DNA from: Eledone cirrhosa
Lineage: Eukaryota
DNA length: 64,000 nucleotides
Assembly: GCA_964016885.1 (NCBI GenBank)
Contig: OZ024745.1
Span: 94,674,001 to 94,738,000 of the forward strand
Direction: 5' to 3'
The position numbers and the translations under genes were made by a program. The notes under the pieces are model-generated. The model did not search any database. It was not told where the DNA came from and worked only from the letters and a program-made list of their open reading frames with translations. Below are positions 25,038 to 38,500 of the stretch, one piece after another. Position 1 is the stretch's first letter, and each line of letters begins with the position of its first letter.

Positions 25038-25254
25038 AACGTAATCAAAATTTCACAATATTTTTTCCAAGATACGATGGAGAAAAATTTTTTAAATGGA
25101 TATTCCGCCCCTGAAGGGGCGAAAATGAGTTGACCCACCACCTGAAGGTCCAGACGGATGGTCAAGTTACACAATGATATAAAATTGAACTAAAAACTCA
25201 CGTTTTTTCCTTACATAAATTAACGGAAACTTCTCCGCGAAGTGACACACGACT

Positions 25255-26119
25255 GATAGAGAGATAGATAGATAGATAGAGATAGATAGATAGATAGGTA
25301 GAGAGAGAGAGAAAGAGAGAGAGAGATAAATAGAGAGATAGAGATAGATGGATAGATAGAGACAGATAGATAGAGATAGATAGAAGTAGAGAGAGATAGA
25401 AGTAGAGAGAGATAGAAGTAGAGATAGATAGAGAGAGATAGATAGAGATAGATAGAAGTAGAGAGAGATAGAAGTAGAGATAGATAGAGAGAGATAGATA
25501 GAGAGAGATAGAAGTAGAGAGAGATAGAAGTAGAGATAGATAGAGAGAGAGAGATAGATAGAGATAGAAGTAGAGATAGATAGAGAGAGATAGAAGTAGA
25601 GATAGATAGAGAGAGATAGAAGTAGAGAGACATAGAAGTAGATATAGATAGAGAGAGATAGAAGTAGAGATAGATCGAAGTAGAGATAGATAGAGATAGA
25701 TAGGGAGATATAGAAGTAGAGAGACATAGAAGTAGATATAGATAGAGATAGATAGAAGTAGAGATAGATAGAAGTAGAGATACATAGAGATAGAAAGAAG
25801 TAAAGAGAGATAGAAGTAGAGATCGATAGAGAGAGATAGAAGTAGGGATAGATAGATAGAGAGAGATAGATAGAGAGAGAGATAGAGAGAGATAGAAGTA
25901 GAGAGAGATAGATGTAGAGATAGATAGAGAGAGATAGATAGAGAGAGATAGATAGAGAGAGAGAGTGAGAAGTAGAGATAGATAGAGAGAGATAGAAGTA
26001 GATATAGAAGTAGAGAGAGATAGATAGAGAGAGAGAGAGAAGTAGAGATAGATAGAGAGAGATAGAAGTAGAGATAGATAGAGATAGATAGATAGAGAGA
26101 TAGAAGTAGAGATGGAAGT

Positions 26120-26160
<41 letters not shown>

Positions 26161-26318
26161 AGTAGAGATAAATAGAGAAGTAGAGAGAGATAGAAGTAGA
26201 GATAGATAGAGAGAGATAGAAGTAGAGATAGAAGTAGAGAGAGATAGAAGTAGAGATAGAAATAGAGATAGATAGAGAGATAGATAGAGATAGATAGAAG
26301 TAGAGAGAGAGAGAGAGA

Positions 26319-26359
<41 letters not shown>

Positions 26360-26530
26360 AAAGATAGATAGAGAGAGATAGAAGTAGAGATAGAAGTAGA
26401 GAGAGATAGAGAGAGATAGAAGTAGAGATAGAAGTAGAGATAGATAGAGAGAGATAGAAGTAGAGATAGAAGTAGAGATAGATAGAGAGATAGATAGAGA
26501 GAGATAGAAGTAGAGATAGATAGAGAGAGA
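25255..26530. repeat. Compound (GATA)/(GA)/(GAAGTA) microsatellite, ~1.27 kb
   Basis: Direct inspection. Confidence 0.97.
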
Positions 26531-26927
26531 ACTCGCGTTGAGGGAAAGTATCATACATGAATCGTGATCATCAAAGACTGACACTTAGTTATTATTGCGT
26601 TTCAAATAAATATAACCGTATTTCTAGATGCAAGAAAATTATATTTAGATGCTTAAAGTAACAACTACATTGGATTAAACATTGCAATACTGATTTGCAA
26701 TTTTTTGAGTCTGTTGGATCCAAATGATTTCAAATAGACAAGCTATTAAGATTCCTCAACAGATTACATATTTAAATGTACCAGAACAAAGTCAAATATC
26801 TGTTTGTTTCCCTATGTAATTCCGCCAGTTGTAATTTTTTTGATCTGATGAGCTGAAGCCAGCCAACCAATATATATAGTAATAATAATAAATTTGATGA
26901 CTAAAATCCAAAGAGGGCTCGATAAGG

Positions 26928-26994
<67 letters not shown>

Positions 26995-27056
26995 TGGGTG
27001 GCTTATTTATGTTCATCAGACAAAAAGAATTACAACTGGCGGAATTTGACTTTGTT

Positions 27057-27107
27057 AGTTTCAGAAGATCCCGTTAAGGGTGAAAGCAGCGATTCTTTGC
27101 TTAAACT
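27057..27107 (+). ncRNA. Type I hammerhead-like ribozyme (core CAGAAGA) in the element at ~26790-27133
   Basis: agttt-CAGAAGA-t ccc gttaa ggg t-GAAA-gcag..ttgc-TT-aaact; same family as 49600-49815. Confidence 0.65.
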
Positions 27108-27133
27108 TTAATCTGTTATTTTAATAAATACTG

Positions 27134-27444
27134 TATATATATATATATATATATACATATATTATATATAAATTGTATACATATATATATTATATATATA
27201 TTATTTATATATAATTATATATATTATATATATATATATATTATATATATATATATTATATATATATATAATATATATATTTTACATATATTATATATAT
27301 ATATATATATATATACATATATTATATATACATTTTATACATATATATTATATATATATTATATATATTATTTATATATATTATATATATATATATATTA
27401 TATAATTATATATATATATATATATATAATATATATATTATACA

Positions 27445-27538
<94 letters not shown>

Positions 27539-27672
27539 TTATATATATACATATATATATATATCATAAATCTGTGACTTTATGTATATGAAATCTTTAT
27601 ATTTTATATATATATTTATATATATACATATATATATATATCATAAATCTGTGACTTTATGTATATGAAATC

Positions 27673-27720
<48 letters not shown>
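27134..27720. repeat. Degenerate (TA)n tract with a short ~78-bp tandem duplication
   Basis: Direct inspection; atcataaatctgtgactttatg at ~27562 and ~27640. Confidence 0.9.
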
Positions 27721-27727
<7 letters not shown>

Positions 27728-30303
27728 TTTATAACAATATCTCGGCGGTTTTTCTTTTTCTCTTATATTTGTGTTTGAATATATGAAGGTACTCTATACT
27801 ACATGGTTTAAGTAATTTGAATCTTGTTATGTCAATTCCCGTTCTTTGTTGAGTTTAATTAATAACAAATATCAGTCTCAAGAGAAATCGATTAATTTGA
27901 TTATTTTCCCTACCACTATTTTATCATTAATATCATCACTAATTTTACCACCAGCCATATTCCGTACATTACTCAATATAATTACTTAGAATATACAATC
28001 TACCAGTATAAACTATACAACCCAGTTTTTATCTGGGGCTCCATTGAAGAATTCCTTTAGTTCACTAGGTGTAGCCCATAGGTTTTCAAGCCAATATTAT
28101 TCAAGTGAATTATACCGATTCGTTTCAATCAAGGCTTATTGACTTATCTATCCAATACAAGAGAGTCAACGTGGTGGCTCAACTTGCTGAAAATCCCAGA
28201 CAAATCTCCTTCAAACCACATTCAATCAGGCAGATTAAATCGTGCAGTCCTAAATACTTTAGCTTATTCTAGTCTCAGTACCGAGAGAGTAAATGTCACC
28301 AATGACAACCTGCTGAGCCAGTCAAACTTGAATAAGAAAGTATAGGCACTTTTAATTTGACAAAAGTTTTATTATCTTCGGTGTCAAATTTATTTCTTCC
28401 ATTGGGAAAAGCTACATGAGGGAGGCCAACTTTCCTAGTATTAAACAAACATTACATCTATAACGATAAAATGTTTATTTAAAACTATAAATATTGATAT
28501 AAGCCTCAGGCGATTTAGGTCACTGGTTGTGATTCGAACATTCCTGTAGTTAAACAGACATTGAAACGGCATTGCTGTCTCTACCATGAGTTTATCAGTT
28601 TCTCTAAGACACTGGATACATTTTACATAGCATTAAGCATATCTATTCTCACATTCTCCCCCATTTTCACTTTCCTCAGTTTGGCAATGATTCAAAAGTT
28701 TCCAGAATATCTTCAAAATGTTTCGATGATTTTCTCTATTATAGCGATAAAATTATGATTTAATTACTAATAATTTTTCTTCGTATATTAGCTGTTAGAT
28801 TGTTTCGAGCATACTTGAGTATTTAGAAATATTGATCGATGAAATTGAGCATGAATGACATGGAATGCTATATTCTAAATATAATATTCCTGGAGGAACG
28901 AAGTTGTAACATCCTTTTAATCTCAACAGTCTCGGTGGGCTAACGAGTTGATCATGCACGATGTATGGCCTCCTCTGACGAAGTCATAAAAAATATCTTT
29001 TGTCGACAGAAATATTTGCAGAATGTAAACTATAACACTCAACCATAAGATATAACAACTTTAATTGAAACTCTCATGTTGATAGCTCCTCCTATTATCT
29101 TAATCCGTCAGCTGACATACTTTTAACTAACTTGTATGGGCGATTTTCATTATATGTTCTAAACAATTCAAATCACCAATTTATCAGATAAATTCCAGCA
29201 TTTTAAGGAATTGACAAATGTTATATTCTTATCTGCTTTGAATGAATAGATGATGAAAATTATTTGAAATCGAATGAATAGTATTAGAATATGTAAGCAG
29301 GTGAGGAGTTTCTCCTGATTGCGTCTTATGGACATTTTCGCTGCAGGTTATAATATAGATATTGTTGAAGCTGGGATAATGCTGGAAATAACCAAAGCTA
29401 TTTTATTACTGACACATAGTTTGTCCCTCCTGGAAGACTCAAAGAGGAAAATCAATAACAGTGAGATTTGAACTCAGAATACGGTTGAATTCTGTTCAAA
29501 TTACTGTTACAGCTGTCTCCTTCATTCTGAAATAACAAAAGTTGGCAGGTCAGTTTATTAGATGATATACTAAAATTACAATAATCTAGGACACTTATAA
29601 CTGCCTCTCCTAAAAATGTCTCAAAGCATCTGAAATGCAGCTTGTACAAGCAATATTTGAAAAATTGCTGCCTGTCGTCCATATATATTCAAATTCAGAC
29701 TTATAGTTAGTTCTCTGCATTAGAAATCGTCTAAATAATTCATTGCTTAAAATATTGTTGATCATTTACTATTTACGAAGTCACTAAATATAACATTATA
29801 GCAAACAAATACTTATCATAATGTATCATCCGTCTTAAGAAAAATAACTATAACACCATTCCTAAAACATAAAACAAAATACGTTGAGATAAAAAAGAAG
29901 GTAATGGAAACACATTCTCTTTTTATTTTGGGGGCATAAAATGCACTTTTGTTTGTTATTTTATTTGAATCTATATGCTTTTTTTCTTGCGTAAAACGCT
30001 TAAGCTAGAAAACGTTTTAGAGAGTCATCCATTGGTTTATAACTGAAAAGTGAATAGATGCTTACATTAACACAATCTCTCAGAAACGCGTTGGTGTGTA
30101 TAGAATAATTTTAATATGAGAAGAGTGTTATGAAGATGTCACATAGTATAACAGTAATAATAGAACGTCAAAATTGAGACGTGGTTTTCAGTGTTGCTTT
30201 ATTCTCTTTCCTATAGTCTTTATTTCCACATCGTTACTTAGATTAGATGTAAACATAGATTATCGTATTTTGTTTTGGTTATCTATGTAAACTAATATCT
30301 TGA

Positions 30304-30526
30304 AATAATTGTTTCTACTTTAGGAACAAGGCCAGCAATTTTGGTGGAGGGGAAAATCGAATAAATCGACCCAGTGCATTACTGGTGCTTTATTTTATCG
30401 ACCCCGTAAGGATGAAAGGCAAAGCTAACCTCAGCGGGATTTGAAATCAGATCGTAAAGGGGCGTAACCCTATGCCATAAAGCATATTGTCTGACGCTCT
30501 ACCGATACTGCCAATCTACCGCTCTT
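30304..30526 (-). mobile_element. SINE family A with TSD ttgaaataat
   Basis: Full SINE core. Confidence 0.88.
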
Positions 30527-31424
30527 GAAATAATGTATCTAAAACATTTTTAGATTTTGATATAAACCTCTAGGTATCCACATATTAGTATTTATTAATT
30601 GCTTACTAGAGATTAATTTTTGATTATATTTTGTTTTAAACATTTGAAAATAAATTTTCATCGTTATGAAATTACTCCATGTTGAGTTGATATCCACCTA
30701 TTGGTGGAAATCTGAGAGATCATTTTAATGAAGAAAGTCAGGAAAAATATGATCAGAATCTACTAGCAAAGTGGAAAAAGCTATTTAAAGATTCTTGCAC
30801 ATAAGACAAACACTGCAGCAGTTTCTTTTTACATTGCTGTTATCAAAGTTGAAAGGCGAAGTTGAACAACAAACTGACGCTGCAGACGACTTTATCATAT
30901 TGTTATAACTACTTACGAATGTGAGCTAATTATACACTAGAGCATAGATTGTTTCAATTAAGGCAATTGGAGAATTTTAGCGTATGATGTGGCTATTTGT
31001 ACATCATCAGATACAATCTCTGATCTTTCGTGTAGTTGTTCAGTAGCCTATAATCTAAGTAATATACACACTTTAACAATACACTAATATATGACATACA
31101 AGTGTGTTTAAGAAACATATTTTAGTAAAATAGTTATTTTGTAAAGTAATATATTTGATATGTACCGATAGGTATCCACATATTTGTGACTATTAATTAC
31201 TTAAAAGAAATATATGGACAAATAAAAACTAAATTGCGTAACGTTTAAGACTTCGTTAAATACATAAATTTAGAAAAATAGCGTCTCCATCATGAATTTA
31301 CTTTTTGAGTTCTGAGCAATGATTTTAAAGATCAAGAGCTCTCTGAATATACTACAATACCATGCTGTTAATATATACACACACTCACACACACGCACAC
31401 ACACACTCACACACACAGATATAT

Positions 31425-31828
<404 letters not shown>

Positions 31829-31860
31829 GGATGAGGGGTTAGATCTTCATTACATTTATT

Positions 31861-31951
31861 GAAGTGTGACGCGCGTTTCGTGATTGATCAGCTCAAGGCT
31901 CGATTTGTATCGATCGGGCCCGACTCTGGAATCAAAAGCTAGTCAGACTTC
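31861..31951 (-). ncRNA. Degenerate type I hammerhead motif
   Basis: gaagt-CTGACTA-..tgatt...aatca c-GAAA-CGCGCG-TC-acacttc; adjacent to (TA)n. Confidence 0.55.
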
Positions 31952-32572
31952 TGTAATTACACAGGTACACAGATAAAATATAGTGAAAAGAAGATGTCTG
32001 GCTTTGCAGTGAAAATTTTGTATAATATGTATATTTCTTTGAAATGTTAAATTGCTATTTTTACAGTTGTATATTCCCAGGTCAGCCATGATCGAACATA
32101 AGTGACCATCCTATATTTCACCATATTTTCCCTGATGTTCGTGATATTTAGGAGCTGTGTTTAGCAGGCCAAGTGTCTACATTTTGTTGCCCTCACAGGT
32201 TCGTTAAAATATCAGTTAGTTTAAAGAAGTGGACTGTAGCAGACATGTGAAATCAATGTATCAGATTGCCAGCTTCGGCGTTTGTAAATTGATATCTGAA
32301 GAGTGATCATTTCAGAAGAATACAACTGAAGAAAAATGGGAGTGTGGGATAATCATGTTTGATACAGAAACTAGGCAATGAGAAACATTGAGAGTATACT
32401 GAGAGGAACATTAACAGGTATATATCGTAGTGTTCAACGTAGTAGTTTAAGTATAGCATTATAACAGCGCTAGAAGGGACTGACACAAAAGTAAACGACG
32501 TTGTTATGAGGTTCGACGTGCAGAATGATGGTGATACGTAAGGCTTTTTCCAATCAGCCTCTCATTATATTC

Positions 32573-32790
32573 AAGGGCGGTGTATTGGCAGTATCGGTAG
32601 AGTCGGACCCCATGCTTTGCAGCATAGAGTTACGGCTCTTCATGATCTGAGTTGAAATCCTGCCGAGGTTAACTTTGCCTTTCATCCTTACGGGGTCGAT
32701 AAAATAAAGTACATGTTACGCATTAAGCTCGATTTAATCGACTTCCCCCTCCCCCCCAATTGCTGGCTTTGTGTCTATATAAGAAACCAG
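32573..32790 (+). mobile_element. SINE family A
   Basis: Full SINE core. Confidence 0.88.
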
Positions 32791-33713
32791 TATATTCAAG
32801 GATGTTTATGCATCTGTGTCTGAGAATAGGGGACAGTATCGCCCCATGAGTAGCACTTATAATGTGAATTCCTTCAACTTGAAGAAGACATCTAATCTTT
32901 GGAATGCAGCTATTATGTGGGACGTAGTAATGAAAATACACATAGGAGAACATTTGAAAGGGAAATAAATAACAAAACAAACGGGGAATTTATTTATTTG
33001 AGTGATGTTCCTAATCAGGTGAAGTGCTATACTGCTTCATTGATTTGTATGTTGATTGTATCAATGTGCTCTTGAGGGACACAGAGCAATGCAAGTTCAT
33101 ATTCCTGTTAAATTACACGAATTACTGAAGGTGTCACTATGTAATAACTCAAGCTAGAAATAGTAGTTGAATCTCCTTAAAATAGAACATATTAGATCAG
33201 GTTTGTGCAACATATTCCAATGACAGGCCACTTTTGAACATTGGAACAACTATTAAAGCCAGTCACTGTCAAAAATATGTAATCTGATGAAAACCACTAT
33301 TCCAAAGATTCACTACAACCTCTTTCCATAACATGAAACTGGGAAATTATAACACACGTAACCCTACCAGTGAAGCCCTTTAATATAGGTCAACTAACAG
33401 AAAATTGTTTTACGGTTACGAAAACAATTCTAAATAAGTTTACAAGGTAAAAATTAAAAATGGTCATCATGGGCCACTCTGACTGGTCTTGCGGCGGATT
33501 GTGGCACGCGAGCCTCCTGTTGCACCCCACTGCATTAGATGATGGGATCGTAGTTACACTTTTAAATGCTAAATACTTGATATTGCACAACAGTTGACAA
33601 AAATTAAAAATCTATATTTATAGGAACATATAACAATTTTAAAGCGCTTTTGGTTTGATATAGTAAATTATAATTATTTCGGTATATTATTGACATTCCA
33701 TCGGTGGATTGGC

Positions 33714-33910
33714 AAAGGACGGTGGATTGGCAGTATCGGTAGAGGGTCGGACGTCATGCTTTGTAGCAAAGAGTTACGGCCTTTTATGGTCTGAATTCAA
33801 ATCCCGCCGAGGTTAACTTTGCCTTTCATCCTTACGGCGTCGATAAAATAAAGTACCAGTAATACACTGGGGTAATTGCTGGCCTTGTGCCAAAAGTGAA
33901 AACAATTATT
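33714..33910 (+). mobile_element. SINE family A
   Basis: Full SINE core. Confidence 0.88.
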
Positions 33911-34228
33911 TCAACATTTTATAACATTAATAGTAAGTTGGGAAGCGTTTCTCTCAAACCAGAAAAGCTTATCAAGTCAGTAGGGTATTTTCTTCTAAGA
34001 ACATCTCTATAATATTTTCTTTTGACTGAGTAGTATCCAATTTCTACTTCATATCTTCCTTTGTCAACAATCGTCATATCTCTAGAAATTGGAATTCATT
34101 GAAGCAATGAAAGATACGCCCCATCAAACTAAGACTGAAAGAAAGAAATCAGTGTTCAGAAAGCTTTAAGCAATAGCTGTCTGAAAGGAACTTGTAGAAA
34201 AAAGGTTTCATTATATTATTAACAAGTT

Positions 34229-34338
34229 AATCCCGCCGAGGTTAACTTTGCCTTTCATCCTTACGGGATCGATAAAATAAAGTACCAGTAATGCACTGGG
34301 ATAATTGCTGGCCTTGTGCCTAAAGTAGAAACAATTAT
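34229..34338 (+). mobile_element. SINE family A, 5'-truncated, TSD atattattaaca
   Basis: Core and tail. Confidence 0.85.
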
Positions 34339-34804
34339 ATTATTAACACGTTTTAACTTTATATTAAACATTGTTATTCAGTTCTTAATAATGGAGTAAT
34401 TTATACCAAAAAGTTCTTCAATCTAATATTCCCTGTGAATCCTAGATGTTTTCTATCTTAAAATAAATTTGCTGTACACGACAGTGAAGAATATGTATTA
34501 TGTCTATTTTAGTATATTTTTCTGTATTTCAATTTTGTGTCTTTTAGAAAAGCCTAGAAACAGTTCGGTGATTTCTTTAAAATTTTGAAAGTAGAACATT
34601 CGCCTTTAAGATATAATAGGGCATTTACAAATATAAGTTTCAAACATAATTACTAAGGACATAAAGACATTCAATTTAGGAATTCAGCAACATTTAATTA
34701 TCTATACTATAGAAAACTTTCGAACCGTATTCATTATTGCCCCCAAGAGAAACAATGTTTATGTACATTATTAAACTGACACTGCTCTATAAACTTTTGA
34801 TTGC

Positions 34805-34878
<74 letters not shown>

Positions 34879-34893
34879 TTTTTGCATCATATA

Positions 34894-34925
<32 letters not shown>

Positions 34926-34934
<9 letters not shown>

Positions 34935-35630
34935 GACGTAAAATAAGAAAATTATAAAAATGAACTTACTAAAATTTCACTCCAACTAATTAGTTTCTGA
35001 AAGGGAATAAACATGGTTTCCGAATGGAACATGGAGAATACCTTTCGTCATCAGTAGTCAATTCTCAGCTAAGTTCCCAGGCGATGCGTGGACACAGGGA
35101 ACTTATACAAAAATAATTCAGTGGATGGAAAAAAGCAAGCGAGGACTAAATTCCAAGACATTGAAAAAATCACTGCCTACTTGGTCGGTGGCAAATTCAA
35201 AAGAATCAATCACGTGACATCGAGGTTAATCAGTGAGGAATGGTGTGTTAATAAGACAGTAGCCTGACTATTATTATGAACTATAGTAGTAGTTTTGGCA
35301 AATTTTTGCTCAACAAAATAATTTGGAGATAATTATAAAGAATTAGTTTATCTACCAACATATATATATACAGATGCATACCTATGCTAGCAAATTTATA
35401 GGTTTTGTCTTAGTAACTTTGTGGTTCAATGCAAGTGGATGCAGAACAATTATATGAAAGACGTAAAATAAGAAAATTATAAAAATTAACTTACTTTTTT
35501 AATTTTTATAATTTTCTTATTTTACGTCTTTCATTGAACCACAAAGTTAGTAAGAAAAACCTATATATTTGGTAGCGTAGGCATGCATCTGTATATATAT
35601 GTTGGTAGATATACTAATTCTTTATTTTTA
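34926..35630 (-). mobile_element. ~525-bp HHR-like unit with terminal direct repeat and fold-back tail
   Basis: gaaagacgtaaaataagaaaattataaaaat at 34931 and 35456; inversion at ~35494. HHR-like 34979-35059 (-): CTGATGA, gaaagg/cctttc, GAAA, CTAATTAG, weak stem I. Confidence 0.6.
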
Positions 35631-35711
<81 letters not shown>

Positions 35712-35792
35712 GTTATTCCGGATTGAATCGGAGGTAACCACAGTAAGTAAGGTACTCAATACATAGCAGAGTATAAAAGTTTTAATATAGAT

Positions 35793-35843
35793 GAGATTCT
35801 ACAGGACTAGAACTGTTTCATTCATTAGAAATCATCAGGAATC
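35793..35843 (-). ncRNA. Canonical type I hammerhead ribozyme; mirrored copy at 35844-35890 (+)
   Basis: gattc-CTGATGA-t ttc taat gaa t-GAAA-cag ttctagtc ctg-TA-gaatc; the element 35711-35895 lies in (TA)n. Confidence 0.85.
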
Positions 35844-35898
35844 GTGATGATTTCTAATGAATGAAACAGTTCTAGTCCTGTAGAATCTCATCTATCTA

Positions 35899-35980
<82 letters not shown>

Positions 35981-36199
35981 GGAGGTGAGTTTTATTGTAG
36001 TACAATAAAGCAATGCAGATTTGTTGATTTAAAACTGCACTATCAACAAGTGTTTTTTTAGCCTTCATATCATGTTCTCCTGTTTTATCTGATGAAAACA
36101 CAAATATTATTGTTTGATGATGTTTGTTTTTGAAATGCGCATAATAAAATATATGGAACTCCTTTAACTATCTTTTGATCTTATATTATATATATATAT

Positions 36200-37308
36200 A
36201 TATGAAGACAAACATAGAATATTCGAAAATATTCTGTATGTTTATAATAAACATTTTGAAGACCTAATCGCTATAGAATAGAATACGTCACGTATTACAA
36301 TTTGAGATTCTCGACAAAAGCAAGGGAAGTAACCCACGCGTTTCATTCTTATTTGAAATCATCAGGATTACATATCCAATGCTTTCATCGAGAATGACAA
36401 AGCTAGAGACTTATAGAATACTTAGCTGTGTACAGGAACTGGTTTGAAAGAGAGGTTGCCGGTCCGGCAGAAATTAGAATTTGGATTTATTGCTCTGAAA
36501 TAGCGATATATATGTGAAGACAAACATAGAATATTCGAAAATATTCTGTATGTTTATAATAAACATTTTGAAGACCTAATCGCTATAGAATAGAATACGT
36601 CACGTATTACAATTTGAGATTCTCGACAAAAGCAAGGGAAGTAACCCACGCGTTTCATTCTTATTTGAAATCATCAGGATTACATATCCAATGCTTTCAT
36701 CGAGAATGACAAAGCTAGAGACTTATAGAATACTTAGCTGTGTACAGGAACTGGTTTGAAAGAGCGGTTGCCGGTCCGGCAGAAATTAGAATTTGGATTT
36801 ATTGCTCTGAAATAGCGATATATATGTGAAGACAAACATAGAATATTCGAAAATATTCTGTATGTTTATAATAAACATTTTGAAGACCTAATCGCTATAG
36901 AATAGAATACGTCACGTATTACAATTTGAGATTCTCGACAAAAGCAAGGGAAGTAACCCACGCGTTTCATTCTTATTTGAAATCATCAGGATTACATATC
37001 CAATGCTTTCATCGAGAATGACAAAGCTAGAGACTTATAGCGATTAGGTCTTCAAAATGTTTATTATAAACATACAGAATATTTTCGAATATTCTATGTT
37101 TGTCTTCACATATATATCGCTATTTCAGAGCAATAAATCCAAATTCTAATTTCTGCCGGACCGGCAACCGCTCTTTCAAACCAGTTCCTGTACACAGCTA
37201 AGTATTCTATAAGTCTCTAGCTTTGTCATTCTCGATGAAAGCATTGGATATGTAATCCTGATGATTTCAAATAAGAATGAAACGCGTGGGTTACTTCCCT
37301 TGCTTTTG
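36200..37308 (-). mobile_element. Retrozyme-like array: 312-bp monomer x ~2.7 plus an inverted copy, one minimal HHR per unit
   Basis: HHRs at 36329-36371, 36641-36683, 36953-36995 (-) and 37252-37294 (+): gtaatc-CTGATGA-t ttc aaataa gaa t-GAAA-CGCG-TG-ggttac. Confidence 0.85.
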
Positions 37309-37773
37309 GAGTAAAATACGAATAGTTGACTTAGTTTTCAATTAAATTCTAATTAAGCGTCTTTTTCTTTATTAATGGTAGTTACTATTGATTGGACATT
37401 TTAACTGATGTGGTAAAATATTTTGAAATGGTTTTAATCTACAAGCAAAATATGTATTGTTATTGTTTACTGTGTGTGATTTGAATTTACTATGCATTGT
37501 TTAAATGTTAATCTACCTCCTCGTTCCGGCTAACTTTTGTTAGATTCTTAGGTATTACAAAAAAAAAAAGGGCTACTTTCACAAATTATTTTTGATTGTA
37601 TAGAGGCAGGCATAGTTGAGAAGTTCACTTCAAATACATTGGGTTGCACATCACTTTATTGTCGCACATTAACTGCACGATTAAATATCTATTGTTTTTA
37701 TCACCAAAAATAATCAAAAATAGAAGGGGGATGAATAAATGGGCATATAGGGAGACCCGCATACAAACACACG

Positions 37774-37869
<96 letters not shown>

Positions 37870-37908
37870 TTCTCTCTCTCTCTTAAATATATAGATATGT
37901 ATATATAT

Positions 37909-37941
<33 letters not shown>

Positions 37942-37989
37942 GTATACACTTTCTTTGTTATATATATATATTTTTTTACACATTCTTTG

Positions 37990-38031
<42 letters not shown>

Positions 38032-38064
38032 TTTCTTTGTTATATATATATATAACAAAGAAAG

Positions 38065-38240
38065 TGTGGTAAGGAACCAGGTGTACCATAATGCACCAGA
38101 GTACTCGATACTTAGGGTAGTAGAGTGGGTAATAAAAAAAGAGTCAGGAAACCGACGGCTCAGCTCCGACCGTTTCGACAGCTAGATCTAGCTGTCGAAA
38201 CGGCCGGAGCTCAGCCGTCGGGGTCCTGACTCTTTTCCTA
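38065..38240 (-). mobile_element. HHR-element tail with palindrome centred in ribozyme stem II (~38186)
   Basis: ...cgtttcgacagctagatctagctgtcgaaacg...; bounded by (TA)n. Confidence 0.75.
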
Positions 38241-38454
38241 TATATATATATATTGGTGTTCATCAGAGCTTAGTACTCGCCGACCTCTGCCGAAAATTAT
38301 AGATGCTGGATTCTTATAGAATTCCAGTAATAATCAGGAACTGATTATACAGAGCGATTGAGGGTCCAGCAAAAATTAAAAGTTAGTTCCTGATTATTAC
38401 TGGAATTCTATAAGAATCCAGCCTCTATAATTTTCGGCAGAGGTCGGCGAGTAC

Positions 38455-38500
38455 TAGGATCTGATGAACACCAACAGTGTGAAACAGGTCTGTCAGCTTA
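38455..38500 (+). ncRNA. Minimal type I hammerhead ribozyme
   Basis: taggat-CTGATGA-acac caaca gtgt-GAAA-cag gt ctg-TC-agctta; lies at the end of the right arm of inverted repeat 38254-38341/38384-38475. Confidence 0.8.

Larger units (their letters stand above)
19408..25255 (-). mobile_element. Tx1-clade LINE copy 3, full length
   Basis: 5'UTR, ORF1, ORF2 and 3'UTR with AATAAA; bounded by (GATA)n at 19381-19408 and the 1.27-kb tract starting at 25255. Confidence 0.95.

Noticed and set aside
25167-26584. Long ORFs of 454-463 aa (Ser/Leu/Tyr/Ile-rich)
   Set aside because: Translations of the (GATA/GA) microsatellite, which lacks stops on that strand.
28970-29035. CTGACGA...GAAA...GTA hammerhead-like string
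   Set aside because: No stem I pairing and no TA or repeat context; may be chance.
28000-29700. Non-repetitive, coding-looking region
   Set aside because: The minus-strand frames I translated are interrupted by stops and show no recognisable domain; BLASTX would be needed.
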